Counted from the first letter of the stretch, positions 41,039-54,343 are shown. The stretch is DNA of 64,000 bases from Eledone cirrhosa (GCA_964016885.1 OZ024740.1:97774001-97838000); one strand, 5' to 3'. Made by a program: numbers and translations. Notes: a model not told the origin generated them from the sequence alone.

Positions 41039-41645
41039 GTGTAAGATGTAATATGAACGTAAACAAGAAAAGAAACCCTTCATCAGCTGTTAACTGCAAT
41101 CAGGACATCAAAATCGATCAGCAGCGCGCCCAAGGCTTTTTATCAATCAAAAGGCCACGAGGGAAAGAAAAGAAAAGATAGTGAAAAGAGAGGAAGAAAG
41201 AGAAAAAAAGGAAAGAGGAAAAAACTGAATGGAGGGGGACACAGGACAATTCCACATGCAAGTGAGTAACCGAGGAGAAAATAGTATAAGTTACAATGAA
41301 CCAATTAGACTTAAGTCCTGTGATCAAATAACTGCGGAGCGAGGTTTTCTGTGCGATCTTAGCAAAGTGAGTGTGTGTAGAGAGAGAGAAAGACGTAGAA
41401 ACCGGAAGTGCGAGGGAGAAGGGAAAGGGAGATAATCCAAAAGGGGTTTACGATATGTGTGAAAACGGGCATATGGATAGAGAGAGAGAGAAAAGGGACA
41501 GAGAGAAGGAGAGAGTCGATATGAAAGCGTGGTGGGACTGCACATCGAGCAAAACAGGTAAAATACAAAATTACAAGAAATGAAGCAGGCTGTGTAGTTA
41601 CAGTAAACAAAGTGTAAGATGGTAATATGGACATAAACCCTTCAT
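41039..41645 (-). mobile_element. Non-coding element with terminal direct repeats, PLE-like (hammerhead 5' box at the repeat)
   Basis: gtgtaagatg(g)taatatg.ac.taaac..ccttcat at 41039-41086 and 41612-41645; minus-strand CTGATGAaggg; (TA)n on both sides. Confidence 0.5.
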
Positions 41646-41652
41646 ATATATA

Positions 41653-41843
41653 TAATTGTTTCTACTTTTGGCACAAGGCCAGCAATTACCCAGTGCATTA
41701 CTGGTACTTTATTTTATCAACCCCATAAGAATGAAAGGCAAATTTAACCTCTGCAGGATTTGAACTCAGAATGACAAGGGCCGTAACTCTATGCGTCAAA
41801 GCATGGCGTCCGACCCTCTACCGATACTGCCAATCCACCACCC
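41653..41843 (-). mobile_element. SINE family A copy with 21-bp flanking duplication
   Basis: Consensus match; catatatatataattgtttct at 41643 and 41843. Confidence 0.85.
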
Positions 41844-41864
41844 ATATATATATAATTGTTTCTC

Positions 41865-42660
41865 AATGAATCATCAAGTGGTGAAGTAACTTTGAAGATA
41901 ACTTGACTCCCTTCACCACAACAACAAACTTACTTGGGACCACCCACCGATGTAGGTGAGGATAGCTCTGCACAACAGCACACTATTAGTTGACTCCGAA
42001 TGAGATTTCTCCATTCAACCCAATGTATCAGGCACATGTTTTATCTACCTTACATCAGATATAGTGAAACACATTCTCATCTGCCTTCAATAATGCTCCC
42101 AAAAGATCTTTACTTTTATTGCTGTCAGTCCAAGTCCCCAGAACAACATATCAACCTTGGTTCTGACAAATTCTTTAACACCTTTATGATGACTCTCATC
42201 TCCAGGTTTCACAATGTTCAACCAGCTCACTGTACTTCCTCTTGAATGCATCATCGATGTTTATCTCCCAAGAAACATTAAGCTCCAGAATCTTTACCAC
42301 CTTCTTTCCTTGAACCACTTGATGTGATCGGATCTCTTGGTGGTAAAAGGATGGGAGTGATATTTGCCATTCTTATCAACTGCGATCTCCCAAATATCCT
42401 ATTGCAGGTCAGTTTTCTTTCTTAAAGGACTGAATTACAGCGCACTCTTTCTTTTAAAAAATTGATCCTGCTCTCCTCTAACCAATATAGCCTCACACTA
42501 TTATTCATACTCAGTATTCTCTTTTCCACTACATCAGGCAGTACTCTAAACATATGACTATATTGCCATGTGTCTATGTTCTTCCTGCTTAGTAAGCAAC
42601 TGAACAGCATGTGCTTCATTTTGTCCAGCCTTCTCTCATTTGCACAGGCCACTCTCTTCT
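41865..42660 (-). mobile_element. Old LINE endonuclease-region relic (RTE-like)
   Basis: Degenerate GDLD / NGEISF / VYADNLC-like segments; no intact frame. Confidence 0.35.
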
Positions 42661-43024
42661 ACTTTGTAACATTTTATTCTATATTACAATTCTATTATTC
42701 ACGTAATTGAATATTGGCTAGTAATCAATTTTATATGGTAATAAACAAACAAAATATACAACATTTTACGCTTTCAAAAGTTACCAATATTTACCAGTAA
42801 TTAGAATAGATTTGAAACAACAAATATGGAATAGACTTAGGATTCGTTTGTTACAATATATCACAAAGTGTATATTCCTATATCAATAACAAAAATGTTA
42901 TAGCTGTTTAATGAACCAGTCTAAACTCTTGCTTAGTTAAGAATTTAATTTAAACACACAAGGGGGCAGGGTCAGGATGTGCTGCACCTTTGTGAGGGAT
43001 CAGGTCTGGCGACAGTGATTTGCT

Positions 43025-43945
43025 CACACTGAACTGATTGTAGCTTGGTTTCTATGACTGAATGCTTTACCTAATGCCAACCACATTTACAGTGTGTGCT
43101 GGGTGCTTTTTGCCATGTCGCCTACAAGACCACTTTACAGCGTAGATTGGTTGCTTTTTGTCATGACACCTACACAACCCCTTTACAGTGTGGACTAGGT
43201 GCTTGCTTTTGTCACGACACCTACATGACCATTATAGTGTGGGCTGGGTTCTTTTGTTTTGGCTTCAGGGGGAATCACTTTATAGAGGTAGTTGGAAACT
43301 TGGGAGGGGTGGGGAAGATGCTTGGGGAAATTGTGGACGTAGGTATAGGGGAGGTTTATAGGAGGGGAGATGTGTGTATTTTAATTAGAAGTATAGTTTC
43401 AAAAGTGATAAATGTCCATTTTTCCATCACAAACATCATCACTTTTTCTTCAATTTTGACTTACTTCCATAGGTTGGGCAGGTTCTCTTCTGTAGAGTAC
43501 TTCACTACATGTTACAGTTCTTTGTCATCTCTGTTGTTTTAGTCAGGTTTTACCATTTCATCCCATGAATTCTTTGGTCTTCAGCTTCAAATAATTCCAC
43601 CATTTGTTATTGCTTTATAAAACAGGCATACTCATCATATACCCATACAACCTCAGTGTTCTCTCTTACATTCTACATGTGATCAGTTCCCACATTTTTC
43701 CATCCATCACAAATCCTCCATATTCAAGCCCTACATGGTGCTGCCATGAAACATTGAATTTCTTGTGTAGGCATCAAACAATCTGCTCTTCATTTCATGA
43801 GAGAAACCCTAAATTCTCTATTACCAGCCTCCTGAACATTTTCCACTCAATTCCCAATCTAGCAATTATGCTTTCAGTACACCTGCCTCAGGCAACAAAA
43901 GCTATCAGCTAATTCACGGGAGCTTTTCTAAACATTTAAAGGAAT
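43025..43945 (-). mobile_element. Old RTE 3' part with expanded ~40-bp 3'UTR repeats
   Basis: Four degenerate tttacagtgtg..gggtgctttttg..cctac units (43086-43255); upstream LRLYGYD / GVEWKMFRRL-like RT C-terminus. Confidence 0.55.
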
Positions 43946-46886
43946 TCATCTCCCTTGTACTGTAACTACAATAAAATGCTTTCAGTAGATTCTGTAAAAT
44001 AGTTGTGCTGGTGTAGCAATAAAATCTATTCAGTACTGCAAAGTGGTCTCGCATTTAGAAGGGCATTCAGTCAGAGAAACCTTGCTAAAATGGAATATAT
44101 CTGTCTACCAGAAGTAATGAATTGTTTAACTCATGTTGTATACAAAAATGTATAAAAATCACAGAGATAATATATGCATCAACATACTGTTTTACATATG
44201 TATGTGTGTGTGTGTGCATGCATCTGTGTGGGTATGTATGCTTGTGTGTGAGTATACAGTAGGTAAGTTGTACAGTATTGTATTTGTATCTTTATCAGCT
44301 ATAAATATTTCAGTATCTTATTAGTGATAGTCGTATAGATGAGACAGTTTATTAATTATTTCTAAGTTCATATGTTACTGCCACCATCATGAATATATCA
44401 ACATCAATGATTATATTGAGTCATTGTAAAACAAACCTCACAGATAAGTAGCTAAACATTTTCATTTGATATTCTGTGTTTCAATATTATTTTTATGTTT
44501 GTTCACTTAGATCAGTCACAAGGAGTGTGACCAAAGACTAACTAATCATCATCCTCATCAACATCACCACCATTATCATTGTTGTGCTGTCATCCTCATC
44601 ATCATCATCATCATCATCATTGTCAATATCGATCTGCAACATTATCTTCCTCATTATATTTATCACCATCATTATCATGATTTTTATATGAGTTTCTGTT
44701 GCACCACCACGAGCACATCTATGATCCTAAGATATGTCAGTAGTATTGAGCTTTTGGTATATAGAACTGTTTGTTTAGTTCATCAGTTTTGAGCTGCACG
44801 CAGCATATGTAATGTGAGTTGTGTTATTTGGCTCTCTTAATTGGAATTTGTACTTGATATGTACTGTAATAGTTTAAAAATGATTACGTAGAGGTTGTTT
44901 TGTGTGGATTGTGTTCTATTATTAGATTGCCATGTAGAATGTGAGTTGTCGGAGTGATTTCAGTTATGAGTTAGCATTTTATGTCTGTTCTATGTTGGTT
45001 TGAGTTGGACAAAGTCTGAAGCTTAATCCTGTGTCATGGATATTAAAGCAATGGGACACCAGTTAGTTACAGGTTTAATTCCAGCTACTGCTGATACTCC
45101 CATTTCTCAGCTAAGTGACCTGGAACAGTGTGACATGAAATGCCTTGCTCAAGGATACAATGCATCACCCAGTCTTGGATTTGAACCCTCAACATCAAGT
45201 TTTCCAGCCCATGTATGTTGAGAATTGATTATGTAAGGGTATGTGTTGTCTTATTTCATTGGATTCTTATGATGTAGAATATGTTTGGTTTGATTTGTTT
45301 GAGAATTTCAGGGTGTATGTATTGTGTATATATTGTGTGATGAGAGAGTTCAGTTTGAGCTGTGCTATTGAATGAAAGTGTCTTGAATAGGATATGGCCA
45401 CTGAAAAGCAGGGCTATCTTTTTGACTGCATGTAATGTTATCAGCCCTTTTGTGGTGTATCTATTTTTGTTCAGATAATACCAAGAGCTCCTTTTATTCA
45501 TACTCATACCACACATACTGTCTGTTTCAGTTTCAGCATTCTTTTACTTTGGTGGTAGCAAGATGGCAGATTCATGAAAACATATGATAGAAGGTTTTGT
45601 AGTGTTCAGTCTAGCTCCCTGACCTCTGATTTCAAGTTTGATGCACAAATACTACCAAGTATACCATGAGTAACTTCGCCTTCCATCCTTTCAAAGCTGA
45701 TGAATAAATAACCAAACCCCAAAGCAGTAGATTGGTAGAATTATTAAATTATTTGAAAATATACCTTGTATCTTTTCTGCTATTTTACGTTATGAGTTCA
45801 AATTCTATGTAGAAATTCAAATCCCTTTGTTGGTCAATGCCAATCACCCACCCATGAGCCCACAACTGGTTATGAAAGCTACAATATGGGGAATGAGATT
45901 GTTGCCATCTTCTACTCAAGTTAAATGAGGATGGTGGTGATAGTGCTGAAGACAGTTTTTATACCATCTTCTGGAAATTGTTTATTATAGTACAGTATGC
46001 GATGTCTATCCGGGACATTGAGAAGTCTATCCTTCATTATTATATATTCTAGAACTTTTGTTTGTATCTCTATTAGTCAAGACAGACATAACCTAAACAA
46101 TCGTTGCTAAGTTCTTATATCACTTCTTATGGATTTTCAGGTTGAAGTGTTGACATATTACCCAGTATACATTCCTACTAACTTTATTGTTTCTGTTCCT
46201 TAGCAAGGATAAAGTAACTGGAAATGGTAGGATCAATTATCTTATTGCAGTGGTTGCATAGTCTCTTTACTTTTACTTTTTCTTCACCCTTTATATGCTT
46301 TGCTGGATTGTTTTATTTGTTTATGCATTTTGATGATTTACATATGCAACAAATATGTTTCAGGCATATCCAGATATAAATATCTATGTGCAAGCATGTG
46401 TATACTAGTAAATTATAGGTATACATATATATCAGTGAATTATTTGAATGGCTATATATTTTTATGTATTTGGGTAAGTAGAGGAATTTAAAAAAAAAAA
46501 GATCAAACTTGTTATTTATTGTTCATATCAGTCAATGGCCTTTAACATAACAGTCCATAAAATAGAATATTTATTACAAAACTAAGTATATATATATATA
46601 CATAAGGAGAGGTGGAGAGAGAGAGAGATGCACACATATACACATGTATTACATATATATGTCCGTATTGAGTTTTGTTTCACACACTTGTGCAGCTAAA
46701 TAGATATTGTCATCGACTTACTTTGGCTTTTCCATGCTTGCATGGGTTGCATATATATATATATATATATAGTTAATTGAGAGAGACTATAGACAATCCA
46801 CCAGTTTCAGAAGTGGACATGTCAAGTAACTGATACAATATAAATAATACTATTTATGCCAACCTGTCACACAGACATTCATAAAT

Positions 46887-46950
<64 letters not shown>

Positions 46951-47300
46951 GATGATGATGATAAAGTTGATAATGGTGTGTATATATATATATCCATCAA
47001 ATAAATGTATTTTCTGTTCTCTTTCATTTTCTTTTCTGGTTGAATAAAGATAATTATGTTACAACAAGCTTGTTCTGTATTTTACAATTGTTGCTGAGAT
47101 AGTCATAGTCATCATTGTTGCTGTTGTTGTTGGTGGTTTATCTTCTTGAGAAGCTTCTCATTGGCATTCTAAACATAGCTACTCTATTTCATTTTCTATT
47201 TTATTTTTATTATCATTATCGTCATCATCATTATTAAGATTATTGTTATTATTATCATGATCACCATGATCACCATCATGAATATTATTATTATTATTAT

Positions 47301-47650
47301 GGAGGCACAAGGCTTAGTGGTTAGAGCATTGGCCTTGCAATCGAAAGGTTGTAAGTTCAATTCTCAGACCGGGTGATGTGTTGTTTCCTTGAGCAAGACA
47401 CTTTATTTCACATTGCTCCAGTTTACTCAGCTGTAGAAATAAGATGATAGGGACTGGGGTCCATATCATTCCACTGCAAAGTGGTCGTGGAGGTGCCACG
47501 GCAAAAAAAGCACCCAGCACTCACTGTAAATGAGGTTGGTGTTAGGAAGGGCATCCAGCTGTAGAAATCAAGCCAGAATCAGTTCCCGTCCCACCCTTGC
47601 AAGCAGGGAAAAGTGGACGTAAAATGAAAATGATGATGAAATGATGATGA
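47301..47650 (+). mobile_element. SINE family B, full length
   Basis: A and B boxes, CORE-like body, RTE tail, (ATG)n. Confidence 0.9.
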
Positions 47651-48109
47651 TTATTATTATTATTATTATCATCATCATCATTGTTATTCTGATCGTCATC
47701 ATCATCATTATTCTTATACATATCATCATAATAATCATTATTATTATTAATAACCTCATTGTCATCATCATCACTATCATCACCACTATCATCATCATTA
47801 CAATTTGTATCTTAATCTTCCTCTCCTTCATCGTTATTGTCATCATCATGACCATCACCAAAATCATCATCAACATTATCATCATCATCATATGCTATCT
47901 TAAGATTTCAAACTACTATTTGTGTGCATGTTTTATAAATAGAAAGGAGTTCTATGAAGGATATTAAAAACAGAATATGTACTGCCTGTTCAATTAGGCT
48001 TAACAAGAAAAAAACAATATTATACAATAACTATTGTATTTTGCTTGTTTTTATTCCCACATTACATCTTTATATCTAAAAGTTCATAAAGTATAATATA
48101 TTATTATAA

Positions 48110-48914
48110 CTAGCAGCAAAAACCGTCCTTCATGCGGTTTTCTGCTAGATGCAGTGTGCATATTGGAACACCTCAGCCTCACCATCACCCCAGGTAATGC
48201 TGCGAGTGTGCTGGCTTGCCTCAAAAATTATTAGAGAGGTTTCCCAGTGCTCCTCGCTATATTGCTATCTTTTGCTCTGGTAGCGGCTGGTTTTTCCACT
48301 CTTTCACCTGCATATTATTCTGTGGTCTAAGATGTGTGTATTATCTCACTTGTGTATTTTTTCTCATTCTTTTTTTCCTTTCCCTTTCCTTTGTTTATAT
48401 TATATTTGTTAGTGTTTTTGTTCTGTAACCATCTAAGTTATAATAAAGTAAGAAGCGCAGGACTGTGTACGGTTTATAAGTTTTTATCCCCTTAGTAAAA
48501 TAAGTTGCATTACTTTGAATAAATAATGAATGAATATTACATAATTGATCTACTAAATTTCGTGGCTGTTCATTAAATATATTTTATTACTTATTTAATG
48601 ATTCACTTCTTTAAAATGTTCAAATATCAACATTTCTGGTTAGCGATTGTTTAAATAAATATTCATATATTTCTGTCCCTAATTTTCTCCTAGTGCAGTT
48701 TATATATAATATCGTCTTTTTTTAATGTATCGTGGATTACGTTACTGATTACACAAGAGAGTGTAACACAGTTTTCGTTCAATTTCTATGTATATTGTCA
48801 ATTACAATTTTATCCGATGTATCATATCTACATGCATATATACTTGCGTAAAATATCAATATACACACTACACATGCTAGCAGAAAACCATCCGAAGGGT
48901 GGTTTTTCTGCTAG
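48110..48914. mobile_element. Segment bounded by two CTAG-footed palindromes (candidate Helitron-related non-autonomous element)
   Basis: ctagcagcaaaaaccgtccttcatgcggttttctgctag (48110-48148) and ctagcagaaaaccatccgaagggtggtttttctgctag (48877-48914); outer flanks A| and |T. Confidence 0.55.
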
Positions 48915-49387
48915 TTATATTAAATTAGTTTTTTAAAAAAAAGAGTTAATAAATAAATAAAACGTTATAATTGTTTTACCCTCCCATTTACAATTAAACC
49001 GAACGCTATCATGACTGTATGTGTGTGTTTGTGTAAATGTATATGTGTGAATGTATGTATGTTTGTGTGAATGTATGTGTATTTGTGTGAATTATGTCTG
49101 TGGGTGTGGATTTTTGTAAGTTTGTGTTTGCGCGATTATAGTTATATACTCATAATAGTTATATACTCATACATGTAGATGTATGTATGTGCACACTCAT
49201 ATGCGTCAGTGAGTAGAAAATCATAATCTCTCTTTCTCTCTCATCAGACACTCTTTCTTTCTATATATAGTGGTGGTGTTGGCGACGATATACCGGAAGT
49301 GCAACTTTGAAAAGAAGTCAATGTTAAATTACTTATTTTTATGAAATTATTTGTTTACGAAATTTAGCACATAAATTATGTAATATT

Positions 49388-49690
49388 CGGTTAACTTTGC
49401 CTTTCATCCTTACGAGGTCGATAAAATAAAGAACCAGTAATGTACTGGGTAATTGCTGACCTTGTGCCCAAAATAGAAACAATTATTTATTTAAATGGCG
49501 GTGGATTGGCAGTATCGGTAGAGTGTCGGACGCCATGCTTTCCAGCATAGTTACGTCCCATTACGATCTGAGTTCAAATCCTGTCGAGGTTGACTTTGCC
49601 TTTCATCCTTACAGGGTCGATAAAATAAAGTACCAGTAATGCACTGGTATAATTGCTGGCCTTGTGCCAAAAGTAGAAACAATTATTTAT
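49388..49690 (+). mobile_element. SINE family A tandem: 3' half (49388-49487) plus full copy (49497-49687)
   Basis: Both end in gaaacaattatttatttaaa. Confidence 0.85.
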
Positions 49691-50394
49691 TTAAAGTAAT
49701 CCAACTTATTTTACTAACTGGATTAAAAGAAATAAACTGTATGCAGTCCCGCAACCCTTGCTTTATTATAGTTTAGATACGCTGAATTGGTTGAGTAGTT
49801 AAAGTATTAGATAAAATATTTTATGATATGTGTTCCAGCTCCCTGCACTCTGAGTTCAGATCTAGTCTGGTCAATTTTTACATTTCATTTTTTTTTTTTA
49901 ATGGATACACAATTTACTACTCCATAGTGGTAGATTGGCAGAAGGACTATTATTACATACAGAACTATTATTTTTGAGATATGATGAAAATAGTGATTCT
50001 GCAAAGGAGAAGTGGTTGGTTTTATGAATTGTTCAGATAATAAATTTGCAGCAGTTGTAAAACTGTGCAAGAGGTCATCCAGTTTGCAAGGATGAGTGAT
50101 ATTCTCCAAGCATTGACTGTGTTTGTTACCTGAACTGATACTGATGTGTTGTTAGGAATGAACCACTTGGGGAATTTGACAAATATGAATCTCTTTGTGA
50201 GTAGGATTTTGAGTTGACTTCTGTCATGGACAGATGTGGAACACATATACTATCAAGAATAATTAGCATACAACTGGCTGAGTTCTGACCAGTTAGTTGA
50301 CTTGAAATGTGATAGGGTCCAAGAAGTAAGTGTTATGTTGTTTGTGTATGTATTGTAGATAATATCAACAAATGTTTGGTTAGATGAAACAACA

Positions 50395-53108
50395 TATATA
50401 TCGTCATTAGAGGACGTGACAGATGGACGGTCGTAAACACAAAACCTTCCCTAGTGAGGAATGTACCTCCCAACATAGCTTAGTTGTCAGCGACCTCACG
50501 GTCAGAACTCGATGAACCTGGAAACAGAGGCCAACCTGGAAAAGAAAGATCTGGAAGCTGAAAGACCCCTTAGCCAGTAACAGATTTAAAGATATTTTAC
50601 TCAATGCCTACGACAGTAAAGAAGAACAGATAGAGACATTCAATGTAGAAGAGCACTGGTAGTTCCTAAAAAATAACTTACTAGAGGCGACGGATGAGGT
50701 CTGTGGCTGGAGTAAGGCTACAAGCAGGAGGATAGTGACTTGGTGGTGGAACAATAAGGTAGATGAAGCAGTTAAGGCCAAGAGACAGGCATGGAAAGAA
50801 TGGAAGAACGGGGGTGCAGGGTACAATACATAGAGACCAAGAGGGAAGCTAGGCGACAAGTATACTTAGCTAGGAGGGAAGCAGAGGATAGAAAATTCAA
50901 GCATGTTTTGCAACGTGAGGACCAGAAACAGGAGGTGTTCAAGATTGCGAGGCAGTGTGTCAGAGAAAGTTGTGATGTCATTGGAGAGAAGTGTATCTGG
51001 AATGATAAAGGTGAGCTTGCCCTCACAAGTGCTGAGAAGAAAGATGCATGGAAGAGTCATTATGATAGATTACTAAATGAGGAGAATGCATTGAAGAAGA
51101 GACCCTACCCCAAGTAGACCCTATAGAGGGGCCAGCAGTACAAGTCAGCGGCAGTGTAGTAAGTAAGGCAATCAAAGATATGAAGATGGGGAAAGCAACC
51201 GGTCCATCGGGTATAGCTGCCGAGAGGCTGAAGGCATCTGGGTCGGTAGGTCACACTATAACCACACGTATTGTTAACCAGGTATTACTAGAATGTGTCA
51301 TACCAAAAGATTGGTGCAGTAGCATCATTGTCAACTGCTACAAAGGTAAACGTGATGCACTCGATAGAGGAAACTATAGAGGTATAAAGCTGATGGACCA
51401 GATCATGAAAGTAACAGAAAGAGTTATAGCACAGTTGATTAGGGATCGGGTGAAACTAGATCAGATGCAATTTGGGTTTGTACCAGGAAGAGGCACCACT
51501 GATGCCCTCTTCCTTGTGAGGCAGTTACAGGAAAAGTACCTAGCTAAAAGTAAGCCACTCTACCTGGCATTCGTCGATCTCGAGAAAGCCTTTGACAGAG
51601 TTCCACGTGCTATAATCTGGTGGGCTCTTAGAAAACTAGGAGTAGATGAATGGCTTGTGAAAGCTGTACAAGCCATGTATAGGGGAGCAGTCAGCAAAGT
51701 TAGGATTAGCAATGAGTATAGCGAGGAATTTAGCGTACAGGTTGGGGTCCACCAGGGCTCTGTTCTTAGCCCTCTCCTGTTCATCATAGTCCTGCAGGCA
51801 ATAACAGAGGAGTTTAAGACCAGATGTACATGGGAACTCCTGTATGCTGATGACCTCGCACTTATAGCTGAATCTATGGTAGAACTAGAGAAGAAATTCC
51901 AAACTTGGAAGCAGGGACTAGAAAGAAAGGGTCTCAAATTCAACATGACAAAGACTAAGGTCCTTGTAAGTAGACAAGAAAACAGAACTCAGATCCCCTC
52001 AGGGAAATGGCCTTGCTCAGTATGTAGGAAAGATGTAGGTAGGAACTCCATTCTCTGCTCCACATGCAAACAATGAGTACACAAGAGATGTAGCGGGATC
52101 TCAGGAAGCTTAATTAAGAATGTAGGCTTCACATGCAGCAGCTGTGCTGGGACAGCAAGCAGCAAACAGCCACAGGAAACAAGTACCCTCAATCTCTGGG
52201 AGGGCTCTGTAGAGACAGTAGACAGCTTCTGCTACCTAGGAGACCGAATTAGCAGCGGAGGTGGGTGTTCAGAATGTACAATAACTAGGGTGAGAACGGG
52301 ATGGAAGAAGTTCAGGGAACTGCAGCCACTGCTAGCTGCAAAAGGCTTCTCCCTCAAAATGAAAGGCATACTGTATGATGCGTGTATCCGAACAGCAATG
52401 TTACATGGTAATGAGACCTGGGCACTGAAGGTGGAAGACTTATGTAGATTAGAGAGAAACGAAGCCTGCATACTCCGATGGATGTGTAATAGTAAAATAC
52501 GCGAACGACAAAGCATAAATGAATTGAGAGAGAGACTGAGCATCAGAGGAATCAAATGCTGTGTGCAGGAGAGGCGGTTGCGTTGGTATGGACATGTGAT
52601 GCGTATGAAGGATGACAGCTGCATAAAAAGGTGCAGAACACTAGAAGTCGATGGAAACTGCGGAGTGGGGAGACCCAAGATGACCTGGGATGAGTTGATA
52701 AAAGCCGACCTTTTCCAATTACACCTCTCAAAGGCGATGACACACGACCGTGACCTTTGGCGTCACGCAGTAATACAGAGTACCCGACCTCCCATGGGTA
52801 CAAGCTGAAGCATATAGACAATATGCCCCCACACCCCCCACTGCAAGGTGGTCGTGGAGGTGCTACGGCAAAAAAGCACCCAGCCCACACTGTAAAGTGG
52901 ACGTGTAGGCGCCACAAAAAAGCACCCAGCACTCACTGTAAATGAGGTTGGTGTTAGGAAGGGCATCCAGCTGTAGAAATGAAGCCAAATCTGTTCCTGT
53001 ATGAGCAAGTCATGGTCAGACCGACCAGACACTGCCCACAAAAGGACAACCCGTCTAACCCATGCTAGCGTGGAAGAACGGACGTAAAACGGTGATGATG
53101 ATGATGAT
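50395..53108 (+). mobile_element. Young 5'-truncated RTE-clade LINE with complete 3'UTR and (GAT)n tail
   Basis: End of EN (ECTSQHSLVVSDL), KATGPSG, NYRGIKL, QFGFVPGRGTTD, FVDLEKAFDRV, VHQGSVLSP, LLYADDL, FCYLG, RLRWYGHV, GRPK; few lesions (e.g. TGA at 52074); ORF ends at 52808. Confidence 0.95.
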
Positions 53109-53689
53109 AATGTTTTAGTAGACACAGTTTGAAGGTGAAAAAGAGATCAAAATTGATTTTAAGTGTTTGTTTGTCAGTAAAGGAAGTATGCACAGGATGA
53201 AACTACTTGAAGTTGATGATTGCAAGAGATACATTTTCTGCAGTCACAGAATTAGTATGGGCTGATTGCAAGTGTCAAGAGCTTTGAGCATTGAATGAAG
53301 CTAAATCTCCCTTAAATCACAAGCTACCATTTTTGAAACTGATTGATATATTTAGTCAACAAGGAAGTCTATATCTGGTCACTTGACCTGCTAAAATTAG
53401 CACCCAAGTATCCTCCAAATCACATATTTACAGGTCTATTTAGTCAAGGCTTACATGGAGTAAATGACAGCAAGGATGTAATCAAAGGTAAATTATGTAA
53501 AAAAAAATAGATGAGGTAATTGCAGGTAGAATGTTTTGATCATAGAACTGCTAGATCAGTGCTGCTATGAGGCTAAGTAACAACAACAACTTAATTATAT
53601 GCCTCCTAAATCAGGGAACTGTATCTTTCTTAAGTCATACATGTATTATATCTTAGTCAGATAAAAAGAGCAGCACCATGACTTGTTTT

Positions 53690-54210
53690 GTGACTATTAC
53701 AATAAAAGTAATAATAAAAGTTGGAGTTAAAAGAAAGTAAAAATGGAAAACACAAAGAGATGGCAATTTAAGAATCCCAATCTGAATATAAGCTATTGAA
53801 AAAGGAATGTGTTTTAATGCTATTGCGAATTTTAAATACGCTTAATGGGCTTTGCATTAAAACAAGAATACCAATAACCTATTTATATGAATGCATTGTT
53901 GAATATGACATTGTTACAGAAGAACATATTGAAAATATATAATATCAAGAATTAAACTGAGATCTACTGGCATCACTATGACATTCACCCTGTCATGTTT
54001 GCAGCTTCCTGCTTGAGTGGCTTTTGCAATGACAGTCAATAAAAACCGCTATGTCAATCATTGAGTAATATAGGTCTGTTCTTCCTATCTGATCTAGCAA
54101 CACATTAACAATTGTATGTTGCTCTGTTAAGAGCTACACAAGGTGCTGCAGGTATAGTGATAACGTTGAAAAAAGAAGTCACCAACTTTGTGTATAATGA
54201 AATTTCCTAG
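53690..54210 (+). mobile_element. Old Helitron PIF1 helicase relic
   Basis: LRILNTLNGLC..TRI, LQLPA*VAFAMTVNK, QLYVALLRAT, TNFVYNEI. Confidence 0.7.
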
Positions 54211-54308
54211 TGTTAAAACTTTCTTAACTGTTATATAATCTGGATACGTAATTCAGATAAGTTTATACATACAAACATGCATATGTACATATACCATATA
54301 CATAGCTG

Positions 54309-54343
<35 letters not shown>

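Noticed and set aside
47301-47375. tRNA gene
   Set aside because: A and B boxes continue into a multi-copy SINE body and tail; no complete acceptor stem.
47568-47967. Met/Ile-rich ORFs, and YI/CV-repeat ORFs at 14006-14326, 59897-60203 and similar
   Set aside because: Translations of (ATC)n, (TA)n and (CA)n microsatellites.
49270-49305. ETS-like ACCGGAAGTG in a small GC patch as a promoter
   Set aside because: Single short motif, also present inside a repeat at 41401; no adjacent exon or other support.
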